From positions 1 through 30,410 of the IMG/VR virus record IMGVR_UViG_3300034374_010724: 30,410 nucleotides of DNA, one strand, 5' to 3'. The notes under the pieces were generated by a model. That model saw only the letters and a program-made list of their open reading frames with translations. It ran no database searches and was not told the origin of the DNA. The stretch is from a virus. Its lineage: Duplodnaviria > Caudoviricetes. The number at the start of each line of letters is the position of its first letter. The stretch's first letter is position 1. This document shows, one piece after another, positions 1 to 10,500 of this stretch. A program made the translations under genes and the position numbers.

Positions 1-2
1 CA

Positions 3-431
3 ATTACAGATCTTTCAAATTATTCCAATTTAGATACCTCAGACCCAGGTTTTATTACTTCTAAAAGAATGGATAATGAAATCAATAATATTGTAGAAAC
101 CGAAGATTATTTAGATGATGAATTAGGGGCTCAAGGTTATAAACATGAAGATAAATTATCTTGGTTTATAGATCGTTATGTAGAATATTGTACAGAACAT
201 ATCTTTGAAATTTTTAATAAAGAATACGATGCCCAAATCGCAGATGCTATCTTAGAATTATTTAGAAAAAGAGATGCGATTGATGTATTTAATAAAAAAG
301 CTCTTTATATCTACATTCGCGAACAAGTAGATGTAAAAACCCCCAAAATTACTAAAATAGCTAACGTTTTATACGATATCTTTAAGGAAAAATATTTATA
401 CTATTTGGAACACGGGAAATTCCCATCCTAA
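3..431 (+). CDS. 5'-truncated phage protein, C-terminal part; possibly a sigma-factor-like transcription factor
   Basis: The frame of ORF 69..431 is open back to base 3 (ITDLSNYSNLDTSDPGFITSKRM...), so the gene probably starts upstream of the window. The C-terminus (FNKKALYIYIREQVDVKTPKITKIANVL) looks helix-turn-helix-like. The sigma-like call is a weak recollection of similar phage proteins. Confidence 0.4.
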   Translation: MTDLSNYSNLDTSDPGFITSKRMDNEINNIVETEDYLDDELGAQGYKHEDKLSWFIDRYVEYCTEHIFEIFNKEYDAQIADAILELFRKRDAIDVFNKKALYIYIREQVDVKTPKITKIANVLYDIFKEKYLYYLEHGKFPS

Positions 432-446
432 AGGTTTTATTTAGAT

Positions 447-460
447 ATATTTATAAATAA
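447..460 (+). promoter_or_regulatory. putative phage late promoter ATATTTATAAATAA
   Basis: Intergenic motif starting 18 nt before ATG 465; the core recurs before six other gene starts and contains the T4 late-promoter octamer TATAAATA. Confidence 0.65.
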
Positions 461-464
461 AACT

Positions 465-818
465 ATGGGACAGTTAGATTCAATAGTCTTTGGTAAGAAA
501 AAATTTTCCGATATTTTAGAGGAAATTTATAACAACCAAAAGAAAAAGGAAGCACAAGTAACAGCTCTAATCTCAGAATTAAAACCTTTAATTAATGAAA
601 TTGGAGATGCTACCCTTATTGTTCCCTTGATTAAAGAATACATGGAAATTGGAGTTAAAAATGATGAGCAACTTATCAAAATGGCTACAATTGTTCAACG
701 TGCTCTTCAATCAGGTCAAAATGAGGATGGTAGTTTTGGTATTTCTGAAGAAGAAAAAGCTCAATTACTTGAGGCAATGGAAGATTTACAAGGTAAAAAA
801 GGTAAGGAAGAAAAATAA
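465..818 (+). CDS. hypothetical helical/coiled-coil phage protein (117 aa)
   Basis: Clean ORF downstream of the promoter motif; TAATG stop/start overlap with the next gene. Confidence 0.75.
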   Translation: MGQLDSIVFGKKKFSDILEEIYNNQKKKEAQVTALISELKPLINEIGDATLIVPLIKEYMEIGVKNDEQLIKMATIVQRALQSGQNEDGSFGISEEEKAQLLEAMEDLQGKKGKEEK

Positions 819-2050
819 TGGCTAAAAGATCCACAGGTCAAGCAAGTTCACCCTCACCCTCAGCAGCCCCTACTCAAGCAAGTATTTTTCCTGGGAGGGT
901 ATTATACACTATATTAGATGATAAAGAAGATTCTAATGCTTTTAATCAATATGGTGAATGGGGTGGTATTGGGTGTATTTTTTGGGCTTCGACTGTGAAT
1001 ACAAACTCTAACCCAACAGTTACCGATAAAAACTTTGCAAGACCTCTTTTCCCAAACCAAAAACATTACCCATTAAAAAATGAAGTTGTTTATTTAATTG
1101 GATTACCTAGTAATGCCTCTGAAAAAACACCAGGTACTATTCAATATTATTATTTCCATGCTATTAATTTTTGGAATAATAACCATCATAATGCCATCCC
1201 AGATCCTATTATTGGAGCTGGGAATATTCCTGAATCTCAACAAAGAGATTATATCCAAACCGAAGCAGGAGCTGTAAGAAGAGTAACAGACGGGGGGACT
1301 GAAATTGATTTAGGAACTACTTTTACTGAAAGGTTAACAGTTAAAACATTACTTCCTTATCAAGGAGATATAATTTACGAAGGTAGATGGGGGCAAGGTT
1401 TAAGATTTGGTTCAACTGTTAAAAATGCTAATATCCCCAATGAGTGGTCTAAAGATGGAGAAAATGGTGATCCTATTGTTATTTTAAGAAATAATCAATA
1501 TGATGATGGTAAAGATCCTTGGGTACCACAAGTAGAAGATATTAACAAACAGGGTTCTTCTGTTTATTTAACTTCAACCCAAATAATTCCTTTAGAAGCA
1601 TCTAGTACATCTTATAAATCTTATTCAACATCTCCCACAAACCCAAACCAATTTGCAGGAGAACAAATTATTTTAAATTCTGGTAGGTTAGTTTTTAATA
1701 CTAAAGAAGATCACTTATTACTTTCTTCAGCTAAATCTATTAATTTAAATGCTGTAGATAGCGTTAATATTGATTCTCCCAAAACTATATTACAATCTAA
1801 TAATGTTTATTTAGGAGATAAAAATGCAACAGAATCAGTAATTTTAGGAGATAAATTTTTAACAGATTTAAGTAAATTACTTACAAATATTATAGCATTA
1901 AGTACAGCACTTCAAACACCTGTAGGAACCCCAGCACCATTTGTTCCTAATGTTGCTATCCCGGGTCCTGCGGTTCAGGTGACTCAAACAGCAACCCAAA
2001 TGTTAAATAAAATTCAAACTTACAAATCAAAAGTAAGTAAAACTAAATAA
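818..2050 (+). CDS. putative baseplate hub/spike protein (gp5/gpV-like)
   Basis: N-terminal OB-fold-like segment (GRVLYTIL...ARPLFP...YPLKNEVVYLI) and a C-terminal beta-strand-rich run (QIILNSGRLVFNTK...SINLNA...VNIDSPKTILQSNNVYLGD...ESVILGDKF); lies just upstream of gp25-like and wedge genes. Confidence 0.6.
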   Translation: MAKRSTGQASSPSPSAAPTQASIFPGRVLYTILDDKEDSNAFNQYGEWGGIGCIFWASTVNTNSNPTVTDKNFARPLFPNQKHYPLKNEVVYLIGLPSNASEKTPGTIQYYYFHAINFWNNNHHNAIPDPIIGAGNIPESQQRDYIQTEAGAVRRVTDGGTEIDLGTTFTERLTVKTLLPYQGDIIYEGRWGQGLRFGSTVKNANIPNEWSKDGENGDPIVILRNNQYDDGKDPWVPQVEDINKQGSSVYLTSTQIIPLEASSTSYKSYSTSPTNPNQFAGEQIILNSGRLVFNTKEDHLLLSSAKSINLNAVDSVNIDSPKTILQSNNVYLGDKNATESVILGDKFLTDLSKLLTNIIALSTALQTPVGTPAPFVPNVAIPGPAVQVTQTATQMLNKIQTYKSKVSKTK

Positions 2051-3300
2051 TGGGATTAGAAAGATTAATTATAAGGAGTATTACTAAATCAGTAAAAAGT
2101 TCAATAAAGTTCCAAGGAACTGTAGATGATCTTATTTCTGATTTTCAAAAAGGGTGTCCTCCTAAGGAGAGATTAATTGCTATAATTAAAACAAAAAACC
2201 AAATTACTTCTGCCCTTCAAAATATTAATAAAACTTTAAATAATTTAAGTTCAACAGCAAGTACAATAGATAATATTATTTCTACTCTTTCATTAGTTGT
2301 AACAACTGTAAAAGCTATCCCTATACCAACATCTGTTCCTCCTGGGGTAGGTTTACCCTTAAATGTTATTACTATACTTTCTAACACATTAGATACTATT
2401 GGGGATGCCTTGAAAAAGAATAAAGGATTAGTAAAGGTAATTCCTGGTGCTTTAAGAAGTATAACTACATCTATTGATCCTGTATTAACTTCATTAAGAG
2501 CTTTAGATGGGTTAATTCAAGTTTGTATTACTGAAGCTGTTGAAGGGATGAATGAGGATGAGAAAAATGCTTTTATAGATGAATTAAATTTTTCTTTGAC
2601 ACAAACAGGAGATTTTTCTAATCCTGATTTGAATGCATTAAGTAATGATCTTTTATTAGAGAGATTAAGACCTAATTCTAATAATCCTTTAATTTACCAA
2701 AACTTTAAACTAGAAATCCAGTTTAATGATCAAAATGAATTTAGTTTTCCTTCAAGAAGAGTAAGAGGTACTAATCTAGTAAGATCTGATATTAAATTAT
2801 TTAATACAGATGATGCTCAATATTCATACTCAGTATCTACCCAAATATTAGTAGAAGAAGCCAAATTTAGGATTGATAGTTATTTACAAAGATATCCTTC
2901 TTTAGCTAGAATTATTACATCTTCAGCACTTACAGGCTCAGTTCAAGATGTAAATGACCCTAACATTAATGGGGGTGTTGGTAGTGGAGGTGGTCTTATA
3001 GGTTCATCATCTTCAACATCAGGTACTCCACCACCACCAGATTACACACCATTTACTACAGCCGGTACTGTAGATGGAGAGGTTAGATTTCAAGGTGGTC
3101 AAGCTTGGCGTTGGTTAGGTGGTTCTCAAAAAAGATGGGTTCAACACACAGTATCTTATGCACCTTTTACTCGAAAAGGAGCATATAATGGAGAGGTAAA
3201 CACAATAGCTACTACTAACACATTCCCTAGAACAGTTACCTATTATAAGTGGAATGAAACACTTTATAAGTGGGTATTTGATAGAACAGTTGTACAATAA
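2050..3300 (+). CDS. hypothetical virion-associated protein (helical N-terminus, Gly/Ser/Pro linker, two C-terminal repeats)
   Basis: 416-aa ORF translationally coupled (TAATG) to the hub gene, within the baseplate cluster. Confidence 0.6.
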   Translation: MGLERLIIRSITKSVKSSIKFQGTVDDLISDFQKGCPPKERLIAIIKTKNQITSALQNINKTLNNLSSTASTIDNIISTLSLVVTTVKAIPIPTSVPPGVGLPLNVITILSNTLDTIGDALKKNKGLVKVIPGALRSITTSIDPVLTSLRALDGLIQVCITEAVEGMNEDEKNAFIDELNFSLTQTGDFSNPDLNALSNDLLLERLRPNSNNPLIYQNFKLEIQFNDQNEFSFPSRRVRGTNLVRSDIKLFNTDDAQYSYSVSTQILVEEAKFRIDSYLQRYPSLARIITSSALTGSVQDVNDPNINGGVGSGGGLIGSSSSTSGTPPPPDYTPFTTAGTVDGEVRFQGGQAWRWLGGSQKRWVQHTVSYAPFTRKGAYNGEVNTIATTNTFPRTVTYYKWNETLYKWVFDRTVVQ

Positions 3301-3321
3301 TGAAAAAAACAATTAATTTTA

Positions 3322-3331
3322 ATATTTATAA
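3322..3331 (+). promoter_or_regulatory. putative late promoter ATATTTATAA
   Basis: Intergenic, 15 nt before ATG 3337. Confidence 0.6.
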
Positions 3332-3336
3332 CAAAA

Positions 3337-3687
3337 ATGAAATCTACAGAACTTAAAAAAATGATCAAAGATGCCGTAAAAGAGGCAATCCAAGAGGAAT
3401 TGAAAGATATTCTTTTGGAAGCAGTTCGTGCTCCAAAAGGATCTGTAGCAGTTGTACAAGAATCAATCAAACCAGAAGCTCCTTATGTAGGTGTTTCAAC
3501 CCAACCATCAATGACTGCTGAACAAAAACGTAACTTATACGAGCAAGCATTAGGTGAAACAACACTTTCATTCAATTCCTCACAAGCTCAATCATTTAGA
3601 CCACAAGCAGGGTACGATGCCGCAAATGGTACTTTACCAGCAGGGGAAGTTGATATGAGTCAAATTATGGGGTTAATGACAAAATAA
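3337..3687 (+). CDS. hypothetical phage protein with MKxxELKxMI leader (116 aa)
   Basis: ORF with its own promoter motif; N-terminus MKSTELKKMIKDAVKEAIQEE resembles the internal MKKSELKEMIRTAFLNE at 28571. Confidence 0.7.
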   Translation: MKSTELKKMIKDAVKEAIQEELKDILLEAVRAPKGSVAVVQESIKPEAPYVGVSTQPSMTAEQKRNLYEQALGETTLSFNSSQAQSFRPQAGYDAANGTLPAGEVDMSQIMGLMTK

Positions 3688-3690
3688 TAA

Positions 3691-4098
3691 ATGGCACAAA
3701 TTATAGCAAATAAATATCCTATTGATACCGAAGCTAGAAAAGCTGTTGGGTTTGGATTACCTATAAATGGTGATGCTGTGTTTGTGCCTACTTATACAAC
3801 TGCTGATCAAATTAAAGCTAATTTAGTAAATTGGTTATTAACTAATAAAGGCGAAAGAATATTAAATCCTGAATTTGGAGCAGATTTAAAATCTTTATTA
3901 TTTGAACAAGTTGAGGTTGGGTTAGAGGAAAATTTAAAATTTACTATTCAAAATAGTATTAAAAATTATTTCCCAATGGTAAAAGTAAAAGAACTAGATT
4001 TTATAACAAACCCAGATGAAAATACTACTAATTTTATCTTAACCTATGAAATAGTTTTATTTGGAATTGAAGATACTGTTAATATATTATTACAATAA
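3691..4098 (+). CDS. baseplate wedge protein, gp25/GPW-like
   Basis: Family-typical motif QIKANLVNWLLTNKGERILNPEFGADLKSLLFE, size 135 aa, directly upstream of a gp6/J-like gene. Confidence 0.9.
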   Translation: MAQIIANKYPIDTEARKAVGFGLPINGDAVFVPTYTTADQIKANLVNWLLTNKGERILNPEFGADLKSLLFEQVEVGLEENLKFTIQNSIKNYFPMVKVKELDFITNPDENTTNFILTYEIVLFGIEDTVNILLQ

Positions 4099-5960
4099 TG
4101 GCTAATTTAAATAGAGATATAAGATATATTAATAGGGATTTTAATGATTTTAGAAGTGCTTTAATTGAGTATTCTAAAACCTATTTCCCTAATACTTATA
4201 ATGACTTTACAGATACTTCTACAGGTATGCTGTTTATGGAAATGGCATCTTATGTAGGTGATGTTTTATCATTTTACTTAGATAACCAAATTCAAGAAAC
4301 TTTTATTACAAAAGCTAGACAAACTGAAAACTTATTTAACTTAGCTTATATGTTAGGTTATACCCCTAAAGTCACTACAGCAGCTTCAGTTATGATTGAT
4401 ATCTACCAGCAATTACCCGCAAAGGTAAGTGGTAGTACTACAGTTCCAGATTTTGATTATTGTCTTAAATTACCTCAAAACACTACAATCTCCTCTAATT
4501 TAAACTCAGGTTTACAATTCTTAATTGAAGATGTAGTAGATTTCTCAGCATCAAGTTCATTAGATCCAACTGATATTTCTGTATATCAATTACAAGGAAC
4601 TCAACCAACATATTATCTTTTAAAGAAACAAAGAAAAGCTATTTCAGCAACTATTAAATCTACTACATTTAATTTTAATGCTGCTACAAGGTTTGATACT
4701 AGAACTATTAATGATACTAATATTATAGGTATTTTAGACGTATTTGACAGTAATGGTAATGAATGGTATGAAGTACCTAACCTTGCCCAAGAAAATGTGT
4801 TCGATACAATTAAAAACACGAATGCTAACGATCCTAATTACTCATCAGATACAGAAGTTCCATACTTACTTCAATTAAAACAGGTACAAAGAAGATTTGC
4901 ATCTCGTTTTGTAAACACCGGATCACTTCAACTTCAATTTGGTGCTGGTGGTACTTCAAGTAATACAGAAGAAATTATTCCTAACCCAGATAATGTAGGT
5001 TTAGGTTTACCATTTGAAAAGTCAAAACTTACAACAGCATTTTCTCCATTAAACTTTGTATTTACAGATACTTATGGAATTGCTCCTTCTAATACAACAT
5101 TAACAGTTAGATATTTAACTGGAGGAGGAGTAGCTGCTAATGCTCCATCTAATTCTTTAACAGGAATTGATGATACTAATGTAGTATTTTTAAACCAAAA
5201 TCTTACAAATACAACTTTAGCTAATACTATATTTAACTCATTAGCATCAAATAATCCATTAGCTGCTGATGGGGGTCAAGATGGAGATACTGTTGAAGAA
5301 TTAAGACAAAATGCTGTTGGTAATTTCCAAAATCAATTACGTACTGTAACTAAACAAGATTATTTAATTAGAGCATTATCAATGCCTTCTAATTTAGGAG
5401 TTATAGCTAAAGCATATGCTGAACCTGTTAAAATAGCAGAATACCAACCCGGGGAATTGCCTGCAATTTTAGATTTATATATTTTATCTTACGATTCAAC
5501 TAAAAAATTAAGAACAGCATCATCACTTTTGAAACGTAATCTAATGACTTATCTTTCTGAATACAGGATGATTAATGATTCTATTAAAATTAAAGATGCT
5601 TTTGTTATTAATATAGGAATTAATTTTGATATTATAGTTTTACCTAATTATAATAATAATGAAGTATTAACAAAATGTATTGATGCTTTAACAGATTATT
5701 TTAACATAGATAAGTGGCAGATTAATGAACCTATTATGTTAAAAGATTTATATATTCTTTTAGATAAAGTAGAAGGTGTTCAAACCGTTAAAAATGTATC
5801 TATTTCAAATTTAAATGAAACTGCTTTAGGGTATAGTGAATATGCCTATGATGTTGTTGGAGCTACTTTAAATGAAGTAGTTTACCCTTCACTTGATCCT
5901 ATGATTTTTGAAGTTAAATACCCTAATACAGATATTAAAGGTAGAGTAGTACCACTATAA
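4098..5960 (+). CDS. baseplate wedge subunit, T4 gp6/baseplate-J-like
   Basis: Motifs RDFNDFRSALIEY...GMLFMEMASYVGDVLSFYLD...LAYMLGY, YLTGGG, GGQDGDTVEELR and QLRTVTKQDY are characteristic of gp6/J wedge proteins. Confidence 0.88.
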   Translation: MANLNRDIRYINRDFNDFRSALIEYSKTYFPNTYNDFTDTSTGMLFMEMASYVGDVLSFYLDNQIQETFITKARQTENLFNLAYMLGYTPKVTTAASVMIDIYQQLPAKVSGSTTVPDFDYCLKLPQNTTISSNLNSGLQFLIEDVVDFSASSSLDPTDISVYQLQGTQPTYYLLKKQRKAISATIKSTTFNFNAATRFDTRTINDTNIIGILDVFDSNGNEWYEVPNLAQENVFDTIKNTNANDPNYSSDTEVPYLLQLKQVQRRFASRFVNTGSLQLQFGAGGTSSNTEEIIPNPDNVGLGLPFEKSKLTTAFSPLNFVFTDTYGIAPSNTTLTVRYLTGGGVAANAPSNSLTGIDDTNVVFLNQNLTNTTLANTIFNSLASNNPLAADGGQDGDTVEELRQNAVGNFQNQLRTVTKQDYLIRALSMPSNLGVIAKAYAEPVKIAEYQPGELPAILDLYILSYDSTKKLRTASSLLKRNLMTYLSEYRMINDSIKIKDAFVINIGINFDIIVLPNYNNNEVLTKCIDALTDYFNIDKWQINEPIMLKDLYILLDKVEGVQTVKNVSISNLNETALGYSEYAYDVVGATLNEVVYPSLDPMIFEVKYPNTDIKGRVVPL

Positions 5961-5969
5961 TAAAAAGAT

Positions 5970-7013
5970 ATGGCAGTATATAAAATTTTCCCAACTCAAG
6001 ATGCTACATTATATGAGCAATACCCTAGTAAAAATACTGGATTAGACCAGATTTTAGAGGTATCTTCTTATTATTATTTGGGAGATAGATACAATAGCAG
6101 ATACCTAATTCAATTTTCTACAGATGAAATTCAAGACGTTATTGATAATAAAGTAACTGGAAGTTGGACATCTTACTTAAGAAATTTTAATGCTAATGTT
6201 TCAGGATTAGCTATTAATACTAATCTTCATTTTTTCACAGTATCTGGGAGTTGGGGTATGGGTACTGGAAGATATTCAGATTCACCTGATGTAGTTAATG
6301 GAACTAGTTGGGTTTGGAAAGATTATTCTGGCTCAGTAGCTTGGATTTCTGCTGGGGGTGATTATAATGCTTCTCCAGAATATTCACAATCATTTTCATA
6401 TTCTAACCCAATAGATATTAATGTTAATGTATCTACCACAGTTGAAAGTTGGTATAGTGGGTCTGATAATGATGGATTTTTAGTAAAACTTTCAAGTAGT
6501 GTTGAAGATAGTACTAGTACTACTAATCAACCTATTTTTAAATATTTTTCAATTGACACTAACACTATTTATCCTCCTTGTTTAGAATTTAGATGGAATG
6601 ATTCTATTTGGAATACCGGTTCTAATGCTGTATTAAGTACTCCTGAAGCATTTATTTCAATTTATAATAATGCAGGTGTTTATTATTCTGAAAGTGTTCC
6701 ACGATTTAGATTAGCAGCTATCCCAAAATACCCAGATAGACAATTTATTACAGCTTCTTATTATACTGAAAACTATTATCTTCCTGAATCTCAATCATTA
6801 TATGCTATTAAGGATAGTGCAACAAATGAATTTGTAGTTGATTTTGATTCTACTTATACTCGTATTAGTGCTGATGCTACCTCAAGTTATTTTGATGTGT
6901 ATATGAATGGTTTAGAACCTGAAAGATACTACACAGTATTAGTTAAAACTGTAGTAGGTGGGGTTACTAAAGTATGGGACGAAAATATTATGTTTAAAGT
7001 TGAAAAAGGATAA
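5970..7013 (+). CDS. virion structural protein with DNRLRE-like domain
   Basis: N-terminal DATLYEQYPSKNTG...SRYLIQF, later W-x-x-x-GGD, NDGFLVK and FSIDT...PPCLEFRW match the DNRLRE-type beta-sandwich pattern as I recall it; baseplate context. Confidence 0.55.
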   Translation: MAVYKIFPTQDATLYEQYPSKNTGLDQILEVSSYYYLGDRYNSRYLIQFSTDEIQDVIDNKVTGSWTSYLRNFNANVSGLAINTNLHFFTVSGSWGMGTGRYSDSPDVVNGTSWVWKDYSGSVAWISAGGDYNASPEYSQSFSYSNPIDINVNVSTTVESWYSGSDNDGFLVKLSSSVEDSTSTTNQPIFKYFSIDTNTIYPPCLEFRWNDSIWNTGSNAVLSTPEAFISIYNNAGVYYSESVPRFRLAAIPKYPDRQFITASYYTENYYLPESQSLYAIKDSATNEFVVDFDSTYTRISADATSSYFDVYMNGLEPERYYTVLVKTVVGGVTKVWDENIMFKVEKG

Positions 7014-7015
7014 TT

Positions 7016-7519
7016 ATGGCTGCGACAGATTTACAATCCCCAACCCCAATAGATCCTTCAAGCTTAAAAAATAAGGCTCAAATTACCCCTCAACCAACAA
7101 CTACTCCTACTACTTCTAGTATGAAGTTAAGAGTAAACCCAACCGGAGAAGGAGCTAATGTAAGTTTAAGCAGGCAAGTATTTAATAAAGATGATTTTAA
7201 TAAATCAGTAAAAACTGGATTTACTCAATTAGTATCTACACAAGATCCTAGTTTTTTTGATATTAACTTGGCTACAATAGAAGACTTTTTTACGTTATAC
7301 GACAAGTTTTTTTACGAAATTCCTAAAGAGGGTGATACTAATTCTCACACTTTCTTAATTACTGAAAGTAGTGAATTTGTTAATTTTAACCCAAATCAAG
7401 AAGAGATTGAAGCTTTACTTGAAGAAATTACGGACTTAAGAGAAGAAAACTTAGAATTAAGACAGGAATTAGTTCAAACTATTCAATCAGTCCAAGATTT
7501 TAAAGATGGTGCTGAATAG
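7016..7519 (+). CDS. hypothetical structural-module protein with C-terminal coiled coil
   Basis: 167-aa ORF with a Pro/Thr-rich N-terminus and heptad-like EIEALLEEITDLREENLELRQEL. Confidence 0.7.
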   Translation: MAATDLQSPTPIDPSSLKNKAQITPQPTTTPTTSSMKLRVNPTGEGANVSLSRQVFNKDDFNKSVKTGFTQLVSTQDPSFFDINLATIEDFFTLYDKFFYEIPKEGDTNSHTFLITESSEFVNFNPNQEEIEALLEEITDLREENLELRQELVQTIQSVQDFKDGAE

Positions 7520-7543
7520 TTTTTCTAATTTTTATACTAAAAT

Positions 7544-7557
7544 ATATTTATAAATAA
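7544..7557 (+). promoter_or_regulatory. putative late promoter ATATTTATAAATAA
   Basis: The 14-mer abuts ATG 7558 directly. Confidence 0.6.
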
Positions 7558-10500
7558 ATGGCGTCTGAAGTTACAGCATCTATAATCCCCGTTACCCCTA
7601 GCGATCTTTTTCCAAATGGATATGAGTTGGATGAATCTGTAGTTCCTAGTGAAGTCATAGATTCATATTTTGATCCTAATTTAAATAGAGTTGAATTTTG
7701 GATTTATGATCTTAGTTTAAATTTCTTAGAAGGTAGTTCTAATTTTGATGGGTGGTATATCTCAAATAAATCTTCTACTGGAGAAAATATATCTCTTGTA
7801 AATGAATTATCTTTAGATCCTGTAGCTAACTTATCAAGTTTTGGTTATTCAACAGGACAACTTTATACTGTATATAATTTCGTTAATAACGAATTAGCAT
7901 CTTCTGAAGATAAACAATATTATATTTCGGAAATCTCCTCAGATAGAACTGAATTAAGATTAGAAACTAATTTTATTACTGGGGAAGAAATTGTAAAAGG
8001 ATTCCAAGATCTTACTCAAAAATTAGATGATCCAAAATATTTTGATGAATTTTACCTTAATTTTGGTAATAATGATTTAATAATTGGTGTTAATATTTTA
8101 CTTGACACTACAGGGCCTGAAGAATATTCTATTTTAGTAAAGCTTTACGAACCACTTCCTGAATCTTTTGGATTAAAAGATGAATTGTATGTAGTAACTA
8201 AAGTAGCTGAAACATCAACTTTCCAAGTGGTGTTTCCTAATAATGTTAATGTTTCTTCAAATTTAAAATATATTCAGGGGCCTAATGTTAATTTAGAAAT
8301 TAAAGATTTTGTTAACAATTCAACAGAATTAAAATCAAAATCTGAATTATTAAGTACTACATCCTCAGGTTCTAAAGATAATTTACTTAATGTATTAAAT
8401 CAAAAAGGTGTAAAAATCACACCTAACTATTCATACAATACATTTAATGAGTTTGTTAATTTTTCATCTGCAAAGAAAAGAATTGAAAACTTTGTTGAGA
8501 AATTAGAACAAATCCAAGCATATGAAGCTGATCTTGATGCTTTAGCAACTATTACAGGTTCAACTTCAGCATCATTCCAAGTATCTTCAAGTATTGCCTC
8601 AGCATATTCTAAAGTTGAAGATATTATTAAGAATTTTGATGGATATGAATATTACTTATACTATAATACTTCATCATTATCTTATCCTAAAACCGGTTCT
8701 TCATTCCCATATACTCCTCTTCCTACTACAGATGTAAGTGTTTCTGTATGGTTGGGTAGTGATATTGAAGGTTCTCAATATTATGGAGGTATTTTATTAT
8801 CTGCCTCTTTATATGATAATAATAATCAAAACTGGCTATATTATACAATCCCAGAATTTATTAGGGATAATAGTGATAACAACCAATATATTGAGTTTTC
8901 AAATATGGTTGGTCAACACTTTGATGAAATTTGGCTTTACACTAAAGCTGTTTCTCAAAGAATAAACACTACTAGTGAACTTGAAAAAGGTATTCCTTTA
9001 AAGTTAGCTGAAGAGGCAGTCAAATCTTTAGGATATCAAGGGTTTGGAAATAATTACAATAACGAAGGAAATTATATAGGATTAACAGGTGAAAATAATG
9101 GTGTTTATGTTCCTCCAACTGGTAGTGAGTTAATTACTAATTATATTGCTGTTAATAATGGATCTATAGTTAATTACTGGGTACTTGATTATTCATATGC
9201 TGATTATGTTCAACAGCTTTTAGACCCAGGTTATCCTTATCCTATTGATTCTGTAAGTAAAGAAATTTTTAAACGTCTTTACCACAATATGTCTTACCTT
9301 GTTAAGAAAAAAGGTACGATTTCTGGTTTAAGACAACTTATCAATATTTGGGGTATTCCAAATACTATTCTTCGCATTAATGAATTTGGTGGTAAAAATA
9401 AAGATAATTCTGATGACTATGATTTATGGTACAACAGATATAGTTATGAATTCTCTCCAATTTCTACCCAACATATGCCTAGTGCTTCTGTTGTATTCCC
9501 TTGGATGCCTTTATATAGAAACTATATATCTTCAAGTGAAGAAATAGTACCTGATAGTATTCAATTTAGATTTAAAACAACAGGGTATCCATCATCATCA
9601 TTCGGTGGGGAATTTTTTACTCAATCTTTATTAGTTAAAAAGTCTGATGGAGACGATACTTCAACAGATTTTGACTTTGGTATTGCTTTATTCTATACAG
9701 GATCTACCTCTGGTTCATATTCGGGTTCATATACTAATGAGTATAACGATTGGGGTCTAATGAGATTCTATATGTCTGGTTCAAGCGCAGACGGTGGTGT
9801 AGCTGTGTCTAACGACATCTATTTACCATTCTTTAATAAGGGGTGGTGGTCCGTAATGCTCCAAAGAAACCAGCATGTAAGTGCGAGTGATAACAATAAT
9901 GCTACAACTTATACCTTATATGCTAAAAATAAAATCTATAATGGATTTGATGGTAATACTATAGGATTTGAAGGATCTGCTAGTATTACTTCAAATATCT
10001 CAGAATCTATAAATGATGCCTGGAACAAATATGGAACCGGGTCTGCTGATGGTGTTTATTTAGGTGGTTTTATTTCAGGTTCACAAGTAGGAGGAGTTAC
10101 ATTAAATGAATCAGGTAAAATTATCTCAGGTTCACTTCAAGAATTTAGATATTATGCTTATGCTATAAGTGAAAGTATATTTAATGATTTTGTAATGAAC
10201 CCAGAATCTATTGAAGGTATTAACCTTACAGGTTCATTAAGTTCATTTGATATTGTAAACTTTAGAGCACCATTAGGAAATGAATTAGAAAGTTTATTTA
10301 CTAGTTCATTAAGTTCTTCATATACTGAATCAATGACATCTATGCACCCTGCTATTACAGGTGCTGCTGCTATTTTAGTTACAGAATCATTCTACAACCC
10401 AGGTACTCAAGTATCATCAAGTAATTATGACATTATTTACTATGAAAATAGTACACTAAGAACATTTAGTAAAACTAATACTGAGGTATATTTCTTAGAT

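Noticed and set aside
8738-8965. 75-aa + strand ORF nested in the giant gene
   Set aside because: Out-of-frame, Ile/Leu-rich by-product of AT-rich codons; no start context.
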